DNA of 12,777 bases from positions 1 through 12,777 of the forward strand of contig CDMY01000890.1 in assembly GCA_001179505.1 (NCBI GenBank), in the 5' to 3' direction. Below are positions 1 to 8,330 of the stretch, piece by piece. Under the pieces are notes generated by a model that saw nothing but the letters and a program-made list of their open reading frames with translations, had not been told where the DNA came from and searched no databases. The translations under genes were made by a program, and so were the position numbers. The first letter of the stretch is position 1. The number at the start of each line of letters is the position of its first letter. Source of the DNA: Vitrella brassicaformis CCMP3155 (lineage: Eukaryota; Protista; Chromerida).

Positions 1-136
1 GCACCCGCAACCCACCGCACACACCGCCAGGACTACGCCCATCCATCGGACACAAACCTGCCGGCGACACACAGAATCAATCCACGTCCGGTGCCGTCGC
101 TCTCGCAATCTGCTTGCCTGTCTCTCTGTCATACAC

Positions 137-1131
137 ACCTACAGCCCTGCCATACACACACACACAGAGAACACATGCAGTGCCGTCGCTAATGCCTTTT
201 CTGTCCCTCTCCCAACCTCACTTTGTCAGATGAGGTCAGATCAGCGCCGCCAGCCGGGAGATGACGACTCGCCTGCTGATCGATATCATCTCGGCAGCAC
301 TTGGTGCACCACACAGCCACTCCGCGCAGCCCTACAGCCGCCAAAAAAGAAGAAGAGATCGCCAGCCGCTCAACCCTTAAGCTCGCGGATGCGAGGAGGC
401 GCTCTTTCCCATTGCACTTGGCTTTGTCTGATCAGTCTGCCATCTGTCCATCGATTCATGTTGACTAGTTCACTCCATCAAGCACGCTGAGCCGCACACA
501 TCGCACCACAGCCCCACCCCCTCCTCCACGGCTGTGAGGGATCCCATCTAAGATATCATTGTGCTGTGGTAGTGTACACCGCCATCAGACAGACCCGTAT
601 GCATATCATCCGCCTCGCTCTGACAAACCGCCATCATTACGCGCACACGTCACTCGCACACAGCCACTTTGCCACACAGACAGACACCGACAGACAGCCA
701 TCCGGTACGCTCTCAAATTTAAACGTGCGGCAGGATACACTGGGCTGCACCGCCACGTAGTGTGGCTGGGTGCTTGGCACACACACCCACACCGATATAC
801 GCGCAGAGGCATGTACACGGAAACATCTGTGTACTAGGAGGTAGAGAGGGTGGTAATGCTGGCCTTGACATCCCACGAACAGACATACTCCATCAAAAGG
901 AAGACGGGTCAATACGAACACGCCAGCCATTTCCTGAGTCCCCCCCAACACAGTCGATAAAATGGCAAAAAGAAACACCGACACGCTGGCTGAGTTCCCC
1001 TGATGACAGCCCACCCGATGAGAAACAAAAGATGGAGAAACAAACCGATCGGTCACGACGACAGAAAGGAACCCCACGACACCGACCACACGCGGCACCC
1101 AACCGCCCCTCCATCCGACCGATTGTATTTG
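137..1131 (-). repeat. Left arm of ~1 kb inverted duplication (reverse complement of 8658-9747)
   Basis: Long colinear matches, e.g. 424-500 tgtctgatcagtctgccatc..ttcactccatcaagcacgctgagccgcacacatcgca, match the reverse complement of ~9395-9470. 850-1131 matches 8658-8935; the ORF-track peptides 893..1114(-) and 8531..9031(+) share CVGGDSG.GWR.R.DPSSF. The core is about 90% identical by eye, with divergent or indel patches near 700-755 and 830-850. Confidence 0.95.
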
Positions 1132-1377
1132 CTCTTTCATCTCACTTTGGGAGGGCGGGCGACAAGCGTATTGAACGAACGACTCACACACATGGTCTGG
1201 GCGGGACACTCGCACACATGAATTCACACACACGCACACACGCCGTCCGTCCAGCTGTCTTGTCTTGTGCGGCTCGGTAGACAGACGGCCTGCACACACA
1301 GCACACACACATACACATGTGCTCTGACAAATCAAAATGCAAGACAGACGTGTCTCTCCGCATGTCACTCCAACCGA

Positions 1378-2600
1378 CTAAGAGTAACGAATTGCCTCCA
1401 CCTGAATGCCCCCGAAACGGGCATCGCTTCTTGTGATGGTGAAGGCGTCAATTCTCACCGCCGGCGGTGAGCAGAGATGACAGGTCGTTGTGGATCAGGT
1501 TGGCGGCAGCAGCGGTCTCCAACTCATAGGGCACTGAATGACGACAGACAGACAAGGCGGATGACACACAAGATGAACAGACGACCACCTTCCTGCACCC
1601 ACTGCCTGCCTTGCATACCTTCGACGTGCATCTTTATGTTGCAAATCGACGGCAACTTCTCCGACCCCCACCCGTCCTGCGTGAGACTGAGACGACCGCA
1701 AACGCTCGAATTACCCACATGGACCCCAGCCGTTCCTCTCCCCTCTGCTCACAACTCTTGAAAACATCACAGTGCTGCTGTAGGTGCTTGATGATGGCGG
1801 GGCTGGAGGAGGGGGCGCCGGGAGGGGGGACGAAGCCCCAAATGGCATTGTCGACAGTCACAAATCTCACGTTGTCGAATGAGAGGCTCTTTGCGATCTC
1901 GATGGCCGCTTGGCTCGGGCTGTCGATGGGGTGGGTAAAGTCATGCTGGCCGATGCCGTACGCCACCTGTCCCGCCTGAAGTGCCGCCTCCTGCAGGAGA
2001 TTAGCAGATAGAGGAAAGACGGCCTGGCGCTCGCGGCTTGCCGCCTCGGCTCAGAGATATCGTCGGTCGAAGACCTCAACAGAAAAGGCAATGAATACCG
2101 TCCGCATCTTCCAGTTGACACCACTGCTGCCAAAGACGTCCATTGCAAAGATCTCCATCCCTTTGCCGCTCAACGCCACTGCACCCAAATAAGCGGTCCA
2201 CCCAGTCATCCCTCGAGGCCCATCTTGTGCCATCCCGTCACCCACAGCGCCAAGCTGCAATTGTCACTCAGCAAACCAACAACAGCGAACGACGACCGCC
2301 CAAAACAGGCCGTGCAGCAAAAGCGCCGTCACCGCCCAGAACAGCCGCAAGGACAGATTCCCGCATGATGCGTCCACCGCTGCAGCAAGTGCATCGCCTT
2401 GATGAAAACCTTCATCTCCGACAGGGCTCCTCAGGCGGCCCCGCGCACCCGCCAGGGCCGTGGAAAGCTTTTTCCAGCCGTTGAACTCGCTTGGGGGCTT
2501 TGTTTCCTCAGGATCGGAAGGCAGCAACTCTCAGCCCTCTCTACACCACTCTGACCGCCCCTTCCTCTACACGGCAATTTACATAGCCTCTCTTGCCGTT
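1378..2600 (-). pseudogene. 3' relic of a lineage-expanded family gene of unknown function (Vitrella-type)
   Basis: One frame runs 2527->~1780 with in-frame TGA at 2264-2266 and 2051-2053 (..LPSDPEETKPPS..VEVFDRRYL*AEAASRERQAVFPLSANLLQEAALQAGQVAYGIGQHDFTHPIDSPSQAAIEIAKSLSFDNVRF..GFVPPPGAPSSSPAIIKHLQQ). It then shifts to EKLPSICNIKMHVE, crosses a phase-1 GT-AG intron at 1534-1618, continues VPYELETAAAANLIHNDLSSLLTAG, and shifts again to IDAFTITRSDARFGGIQVEAIRYS* (TAG 1378-1380). Family similarity is recalled, not searched, and the 5' boundary is uncertain. Confidence 0.8.
1454..1471. other. Perfect 18-bp palindrome CTCACCGCCGGCGGTGAG
   Basis: Self reverse-complementary; read directly. Confidence 0.95.
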
Positions 2601-2851
2601 GATGTCCTCGGCGGTCTCCCCCTCGCTCCTCCAGCCGCTCCGTCACGGCGTCGTCATCGGCTTTCCGGTGCCGGGGTACGTCGTCAAGTCGACGTACACA
2701 AGGGCCCAGGTGTGGGGTCAGATCCTCGAGGACTGTGCAAAGGAGACCCAGAGGCACTGGGAGGCCCTGGCCATCAAAGAAAGCGGCCTGAGTGAGTGAG
2801 GCGACGAGATCACAATCATGAGCATCATGTATAGGCAGGAGGACTCTGCAG

Positions 2852-2878
2852 CGTATTCTCGACGGGATCGAGAATACG
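2852..2878. other. Perfect hairpin, 11-bp stem and 5-nt loop
   Basis: CGTATTCTCGA-CGGGA-TCGAGAATACG. Confidence 0.95.
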
Positions 2879-2970
2879 GGCGTCAAGCATAGCCTCACAG
2901 TCACCAAGCTGGAGTGATGGGGCAGTGATTGACGCCCGATCTTCCCTTCTCCGGGAGGGAGGGCTTGCCG

Positions 2971-3517
2971 GGTGACGGCGTTTCTTCTATGTGTGCGTGT
3001 GAGTATGTGAGTTTGTGTGTCTGGATGGATGGTCACTGTACTACTTGTTCCTCCCGCAGTAGGTAGCTAGTTTTCCTTCGCAAAGGTCACAGGTAGACTG
3101 ACTGACTGACTGACAGACAAGTATGCGGCAAGTAGTGTGCGGCATTTTATATGTGTTGTCTGTCTGCTTGGGCGGGGGCATTTATTCTGCTTGCTGCCTC
3201 AAGCGAGCACAGGCAGGCAGACAGACAGGTCAGAGGTGCACTGGCAATGAACGAACAGGTCTCCGTGGCTGCCTGTTTGTCTATCTGTCTGAGGCAGCTC
3301 GTTCGTTGAACCACACAAACGTACATCCATCTCATGTGTGTGTGTCACGCGCGTCGGTCGATGGGGGGCAATGGAGGCAGACAGGCAGACAGGGTAGAGG
3401 AGAGAGGGACACATCCATCATGCAGCTGCAACTGGAGAGAGAGATATACAGGTGACTTCCTGCCTGTGCGGACTTCGAAGTGCGGACAAACAATGGCAGT
3501 CTCATTACGTGGTGACG
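2971..3517 (+). repeat. Repeat family B, copy 1 (~550 bp)
   Basis: Colinear with 11697-12455. Shared blocks: tgtgtctggatggatggtca.tgtact, ccttcgcaaaggtcacaggtag, gtatgcggcaagtagtgtgcggcatttta, cagacagacaggtcagagg, acgtacatccat, gagggacacatcca, gcagctgcaactggagagagaga, cggacaaaca.tggcagt.tcattac.tggtga. Confidence 0.92.
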
Positions 3518-3853
3518 AAAACATACCGACAGAGACAGACAGAGACAGACAGACATGGTGACAGCCGCACAGACAACCGGACAGACAGAGACCGCCCCTC
3601 TTTTCCATGGCTCTGCCTCGCCTGCATACGTCCTTCCTTGTGTAGCTATCTATCGCTCATTTCTCTCATTATGCCATGAATGGTGGTGTGACAGACACAA
3701 AATAAAAGGGAAGGTACGTGCCTCAGGCAGGCAAATGTCAGTTGACGTTATATCCGTTCAACAGCCGTCGAGAGAGAGGTCAACGCCATGCAGCCACACA
3801 CTCACACACAGCCACAGGCAGCCAACAATAAGGACGGGCAGATATCTGTTCGC

Positions 3854-3922
3854 ACAGACAGACAGACAGACAGACAGAGGGAGGGAGGGAGAGATAGAGG
3901 GAGGGAGAGAGGGAGAGAGGGA
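3854..3922. repeat. (CAGA)n microsatellite followed by a GA/GGGA purine tract
   Basis: cagacagacagacagacagacagagggagggagggagagatagagggagggagagagggagagagggagg. Confidence 0.95.
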
Positions 3923-4260
3923 GGCCGGACACAGAGAAGAGCGACGGACGGGTAAATAAGCGATCCCACAGACCAATACACTTGTGCATCAGAGGCATGC
4001 AACTCTTCACCACAACACCCAGCCACCCACCCACCCAGCGAGCAATTGGGTCACGCGTCAGCAGCTGGTCTGTCAACAGAGTGAGGGGTATGATCGTCTT
4101 GCGCACACACGAATCGGCTACCGACACGATGACAGTCAGCAGGCAAGAGACACCCCCTGACAACACACACACACACATGTTCAGCCAGGGCGACATCAGC
4201 CACATGACAGAGGGTGTGCACCGCTGCTCGCCCACCAGTATTGACAAGTCGATGGATCGA

Positions 4261-5430
4261 TCAGTCGCCGCTGTTCGCCTCAGCTGCGGCATCCTCACCT
4301 GTCGAGTGCACAGGACACACACACAAATGAAAGCGATGCAGGCCAATGTGCTGGCCTCTGTGTGCTGGTGCCGTCTTTCCCGTGTACCTCCGCTGCCCTC
4401 TCCGATGCCGCCGTCCATATCGTCACCCTCATCGCTATCGATATCACCGCCGTCGGAATCTGCAGACCACACACACAGAGAGAAGGCCCATCTTCCATCC
4501 ATGTATCCATCTGTGTGTGTGTGTGTGCTCGTACCGTCGCTATCATCATCATCATCCTACAAAAACTGCTGCGGCTGCTGCTGCTGCTGCTGTCCCTCTA
4601 CTAGTCCGTCGAAGACGTACGGCGCCACCGCCCCCAACGCCACACGAGCCAGCTGAGTGGTCACCGGGAAGCGGTGCTTGAACAAACCGCTCTCACACAC
4701 AGCCGCCTCAGTGGTCTCGATACGCACACGCACTGCAGACAAGACAAAGGAAAATACGTGACATCTGGCCTTTAACCTCCCTCTCTCTGTCACACGAACC
4801 GTCGTTGTTTCCTGGCCTGCTGATGGTGATCCAGGCGACAAAGTTGTGGCTGCAGTCGGTGAGCACCAGCCGTCGCGCTTTGCCTTCCCAGCTCATTGTG
4901 GTCGTGCAGCCGGCCACCGGTGTGTGCGGCGACTCGGTCAGCAGGCCATCCACACGGCCGCCACCCGCAAACCTGAACGAATAACACACACACAACACAC
5001 GATCAAAGACGTACCACTCCGGAGCTGATGAATTTGTGTGTTCACCTGTTGAATGTGGTCGATGTGTGATTGGTCTGGTGAGTCCCGTCGAAGTGTCGGA
5101 CGACCATCTTCTTCGCAAACGACGACACTGACGCATCGGTGACGTCCTCCCCACATCCCATCCGTACTGGACGTCGGGTGCGGTCTCGTCCTTCTCCCAG
5201 TATATGATGCCCTCACGCACTGGTGGGTCGTGTGGCTGTCGGTGCTGCCGGTACATGTGGCTGGCAGCGAGAGGCGGGTCGACCTCCAGACGGAATTCAT
5301 GGTCGTCCTTGATGGCCCGCAGCTCACCATCGCCGTGTTGGAACAGCTGGAGGCACCTGTCGTCGCTGAAGTGGACGTGGCGGCCGACCATCTTGAACTG
5401 TGCCAACACACGGGGAGCCGACACATACGC

Positions 5431-5464
<34 letters not shown>

Positions 5465-6110
5465 AGAGAATGAGGCCCTCTCCCTCCCCGCCCCTCTGTT
5501 TGCTGGCTCACCGTTTTGTTTGTGTGTGTGTTGATGTCATCGGCTGTGAGGATGACAGGCAGGTCACAGTTGCGGCACCGCCCCGCCAGCTCAATCACCT
5601 CGCCCATCTCGCCCCATGGCCCCTCCTCCACCACACACACAGCCGCCAGCAGGTCATGCACGCCGAACTGGTCGTCGTCGAACCGCAGCAGCTGTACTTG
5701 CTGCCCATTCACCGCCCGCCGCAGCCCCGCCTGTGAGCCGAGCGAGTGGCTGAGCCGATCTCTCAGCTGGGCCGCTCCGAAGAGATCTCTCAGCCACGTG
5801 CAGGTGGCCCTCAGCCGCAGGATGTCCTTGATGCTGCTGAAGAGGTAGAAGGTGCGGCGGCCGACGAAGATATACGAGAAGGGATGCTGCTGCTGTTGCT
5901 GCTGCTGCGGTTGCTGCATCTGGGCTATGATGTGCTCGACGACAGCCTGCACAGAGCGACAGAGCCGACAGAGGATCGTGTGCATCAAGCATGCTGCTCA
6001 TTGGTCTGTGTGCTGCTCACCTGGTTCGATGATCAGATGGACAGATCACCATGCAGAGAAGTGAATGCACCACCACCACCAGCAGCAGCGGCAGACGAGC
6101 AGGCCGCCAT
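4261..6110 (-). pseudogene. 7-exon gene of a lineage-expanded family (polyQ, F-box-like N-terminal segment, acidic C-terminal tail), about 463 aa if repaired, with three lesions
   Basis: Model: complement(join(6021..6110, 5512..5946, 5046..5430, 4800..4972, 4535..4732, 4388..4459, 4261..4298)). All six introns are GT-AG, 67-89 nt, with compatible phases. Translation: MAACSSAAAAGGGGAFTSLHGDLSI*SSNQ|AVVEHIIAQMQQPQQQQQQQHPFSYIFVGRRTFYLFSSIKDILRLRATCTWLRDLF..NKT|AYVSAPRVLAQFKMVGRH..GWDV[fs]EDVTDASVSSFAKKMVVRHFDGTHQTNHTSTTFN|RFAGGGRVDGLLTESPHTPVAGC..GNND|VRVRIETTEAAV..QQPQQFL*DDDDDSD|DSDGGDIDSDEGDDMDGGIGEGSG|GEDAAAEANSGD*. Lesions: TGA 6033-6035, a 1-nt deficit at the C4 run 5149-5152, and TAG 4557-4559. 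Confidence 0.88.
5432..5469. repeat. Intronic (CA)n + (GA)n microsatellite
   Basis: tacacacacacacacacacacacacacacacagagagaga, directly at the 3' splice site of intron 5431-5511. Confidence 0.95.
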
Positions 6111-6125
6111 CACTCCTCAACACGC

Positions 6126-6236
6126 CTGCAGCGATGGGCCGACAGACACAGAGAGAGAGAGAGAGATGCCAACATTGAGGCGAATGGATGAGTGAGCGCA
6201 TCAGTCAGTGAGTCAGTGAGTGTTCGCCTCCCTCAC
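6126..6236 (-). other. Probable 5'-UTR intron of the 4261-6110 gene
   Basis: Minus strand reads AAAA|gtgagggagg..ctctctctctgtgtctgtcggcccatcgctgcag|GCGTGTTGAGGAGTG-ATG, with the acceptor 15 nt before the ATG. Confidence 0.5.
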
Positions 6237-6241
6237 TTTTG

Positions 6242-6258
6242 TTGAGCTGTCAGCTCAA
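6242..6258. promoter_or_regulatory. Interrupted palindrome TTGAGCTG-T-CAGCTCAA upstream of the minus-strand gene
   Basis: The sequence is directly visible. A regulatory role is inferred only from its position next to the putative UTR-intron donor. Confidence 0.25.
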
Positions 6259-6329
6259 TGGCCCGTCATCTCACCGCAGCAGTGGAAAGGATGACTGATT
6301 CGAGTATTCCTCTCGCCCTCTTGTCGGTC

Positions 6330-6760
6330 GAGTGCGTCAACTCTCACAGACGCACAGCTTTATGACACGGCACAGACGCCGCATTCGCCCTCTTGTAGGG
6401 TTGAAGGGTATGAAACCCTTTGACCCTTCGAACCCTGAAGCTCATCGGTTCTCCAGTGTTTTGGCCTCTTTCGGCTTGGTGCGCAGCCCTCTGACGGCCC
6501 TGTGCCGAGATCTGTCCTCCGGCGTCCACTTTGCCTTCTCAGCTGAGGTCGGCAATACACACACGTGGCGACTCCCGCACATGAGTGACTGAGTGAATGA
6601 GTGCGGGACGGCTGATGCCTCGCAATGATGGAAGACGGCTGCTTGTCATCTCTCTGTGTGCTGTGCTGCAGATGTCTGTCTGTCTGTGTGTCTGTCTGTC
6701 TGCGGCCGTCATGACGCCGGACACTGCTGCAGCTGAGGGCCGTCGACTTCACTAGAACAC
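6330..6760 (-). pseudogene. Possible exon/intron relic, unknown family
   Basis: Two minus-strand acceptors of the local style (gtgtgtgtggtgttctag| and gtgtgtgtattgccgacctcag|). The second is followed by AEKAKWTPEDRSRHRAVRGLRTKPKEAKTLENR*. No donor is found between them, and a plus-strand ORF (6332-6592) is an alternative reading. Confidence 0.3.
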
Positions 6761-6840
6761 CACACACACACACACAGGGATGTGCCACGGGGACCGGCCA
6801 GAATCAGCCGGCTGTCTGTGTGTCGTTGTGTGGCATGCAG

Positions 6841-7518
6841 CTGTGCGGCAGCGCATCTGCCACTTCACCACCGACACGCAGCGCCGGCAATCTGGGCGTT
6901 GTGGTGCTCTCCCTCTCGCCATAGCAGCGGCGTGCGTGCAATGGGGTCCGAGGGACTTCTAGGAGACCTATTTGACGCCAGGTAACGTGCAGCTGTGCAC
7001 AGGCACAGAACAGCCATCAGATAACAACATGCGTGTGTCTGCCTGTGTGTGTGTGTGTTGTTTGTGTTAGGCCGAAGGAGAGGCCGCTCGATGTGAACAA
7101 AGAGTGGGAAGCCATGAAGAAATGGGTATGTCTGTGATAGGTGCGGCAGCGGGACATCTTCGTGCACGATGGTACGTGTCCACACGCCCCTGTCTAACTC
7201 GGTCCATCCAAGTTAGGTCCATCCGTATGTGTGCAGGTATGTATCGCCCTGACGCCCCCGACCGGCGTCATTGCACCCAGTCGCTCGAGAAGGACACCCT
7301 GCTCATCCAGGTGACCATCAAGAACCACCTCACGCAGACAGACAGACAGACACACGCGCACAGCCACACGGATCCGTATGCACACACACATGGCACGTGT
7401 GTGCGTGTGTGTGTGTGTGTCCGTTAGATCAGAGTTGCCTGGGAGAGTGGAGGCCTACCTGAGTACTCACAATGTCTTCACGCGTCTATCGTCTATGGGA
7501 CCGCCGCCACCTTTGCAC
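6841..7518 (+). pseudogene. Five-exon gene fragment of unknown family, truncated
   Basis: Exons 6841-6981, 7071-7125, 7141-7171, 7237-7310 and 7428-7518 are phase-compatible: ..MGSEGLLGDLFDAR|PKERPLDVNKEWEAMKKW|VRQRDIFVHD|GMYRPDAPDRRHCTQSLEKDTLLIQ|IRVAWESGGLPEYSQCLHASIVYGTAATFA. This needs a 15-nt GT..AG (7126-7140) removed. The model breaks off just before a family B fragment. Confidence 0.6.
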
Positions 7519-7589
7519 GTCGGTGTGTGTGTGTGGTCTGCAGCTGCAAGGTACCCCTACAGCAGAGGGATGGGCGAGGAGGGATACGA

Positions 7590-7685
7590 CGGACACAAGC
7601 AGACAGGCAGGCACGGGCAGACAGACAGGTCAGAGGTGCACGGGCAACCAACGAACGAACTGGACCAAACAGACGTACATCCACA
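7590..7685 (+). repeat. Repeat family B, internal fragment
   Basis: ggcagacagacaggtcagaggtgcacgggcaaccaacgaacgaac..cagacgtacatcca matches ~3210-3330 and ~12200-12262. Confidence 0.8.
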
Positions 7686-8133
7686 CTCACCCCAGACCCA
7701 AAGGCACCAGACTGTCACGGGTGCCTCTTTTTCGATTTGGCTCGATTTGCCCCGCTCTTTGTGTGTGATTTGTCGTCGTTTGGCTGCCCTGCGTGTGCTG
7801 GTTGTAATATGTGTGTGTGTGTATTATCTGTGAGTATCTTGTTTGGTCTGTCTGCCCCGCCAATTTGTGAGTGCGTCGTGTGGCTGGTTCCGCTCATGTG
7901 TCGTCTGCCCGGGCGCCCGAGTGACTGACTGTACGGTATAGCTTTCCTTCCATCCACCACTCATCCCTATCCTCTGCTCCCAGCACACACACACGAGGGC
8001 TGGCCGGCTGGGCTGGATCACACACACACACACAAGGACAACATACAGGGAGGCAGGTGTGGGTGTGCATATGGTGCTGTATGCCGCAACAGACAGACAG
8101 ACAGACAGACGGACAAAGACTTTGGCTGGTTGG

Positions 8134-8330
8134 TCGGATGGGTGCTGCCTGTGGTGTCTGTCGTGGGTTTCATTATGTCGTCGTCGGTCAATATTTTCTC
8201 AATCTTTTGTTTTTAATGTGTTGGGCGTCGGGGGCACTCAGTGTGTCGGTCGACTGTGCTTATGGGCGATTGGGCGAAGTCACGGAATGGTTGGGGTGTC
8301 AGCTGTCATCCGTCATCTTTTTGGAGAATG
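8134..8330 (+). repeat. Third, more diverged copy of the ~250-bp T-rich block
   Basis: ggtcggatgg..gtggtgtctgtcgtgggtttcattatgtcgtcgtcggtc..tcttttgtttt..tcag.gtgtcggt..gtcgactgtg matches 8668-8905 and the reverse complement of ~880-1120. Confidence 0.85.

Noticed and set aside
240-380. Protein-like frame ISAASREMTTRLLIDIISAALGAP (and its copy at 9513-9644 minus), or the opposite ORF 9444-9674
   Set aside because: Substitutions between the two arms do not clearly favour either strand, indels break both frames, and the adjacent intron polarity fits a 5' leader of the downstream gene.
637-1368. Long ORFs (243 aa minus, 172 aa plus) and similar ORFs at 3780-4502, 3982-4656, 8531-9031 and 11421-11999
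   Set aside because: Rich in CVCV, THTH and QTDR from microsatellites, span introns or repeats, or are antisense shadows; no coherent protein signal.
3061-3096. Helitron 3' end (minus-strand hairpin CCTTTGCGAAGG followed by CTAG)
   Set aside because: The stem is only 4 bp, CTAG is not followed by T, homology continues beyond it, and one copy lacks the CTAG.
4157-4235. Possible 3'-UTR intron (gtgggc..gtgtgtgttgtcag, minus strand)
   Set aside because: The acceptor is good but the donor is ambiguous and there is no frame constraint to test it.
5140-5160. Programmed ribosomal frameshift
   Set aside because: No slippery heptamer or evident stimulatory structure; a 1-nt loss in a G4 run is simpler.
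4566-5915. Poly-Cys, poly-Leu and poly-Ala peptides in several ORFs
   Set aside because: These are alternative-frame or antisense readings of the two CAG (polyQ) tracts of the minus-strand gene.
2051-6035. Stop-codon reassignment or readthrough to explain in-frame TGA and TAG
   Set aside because: The same genes carry frameshifts and end at TGA or TAG, so ordinary decay or sequence error is sufficient.
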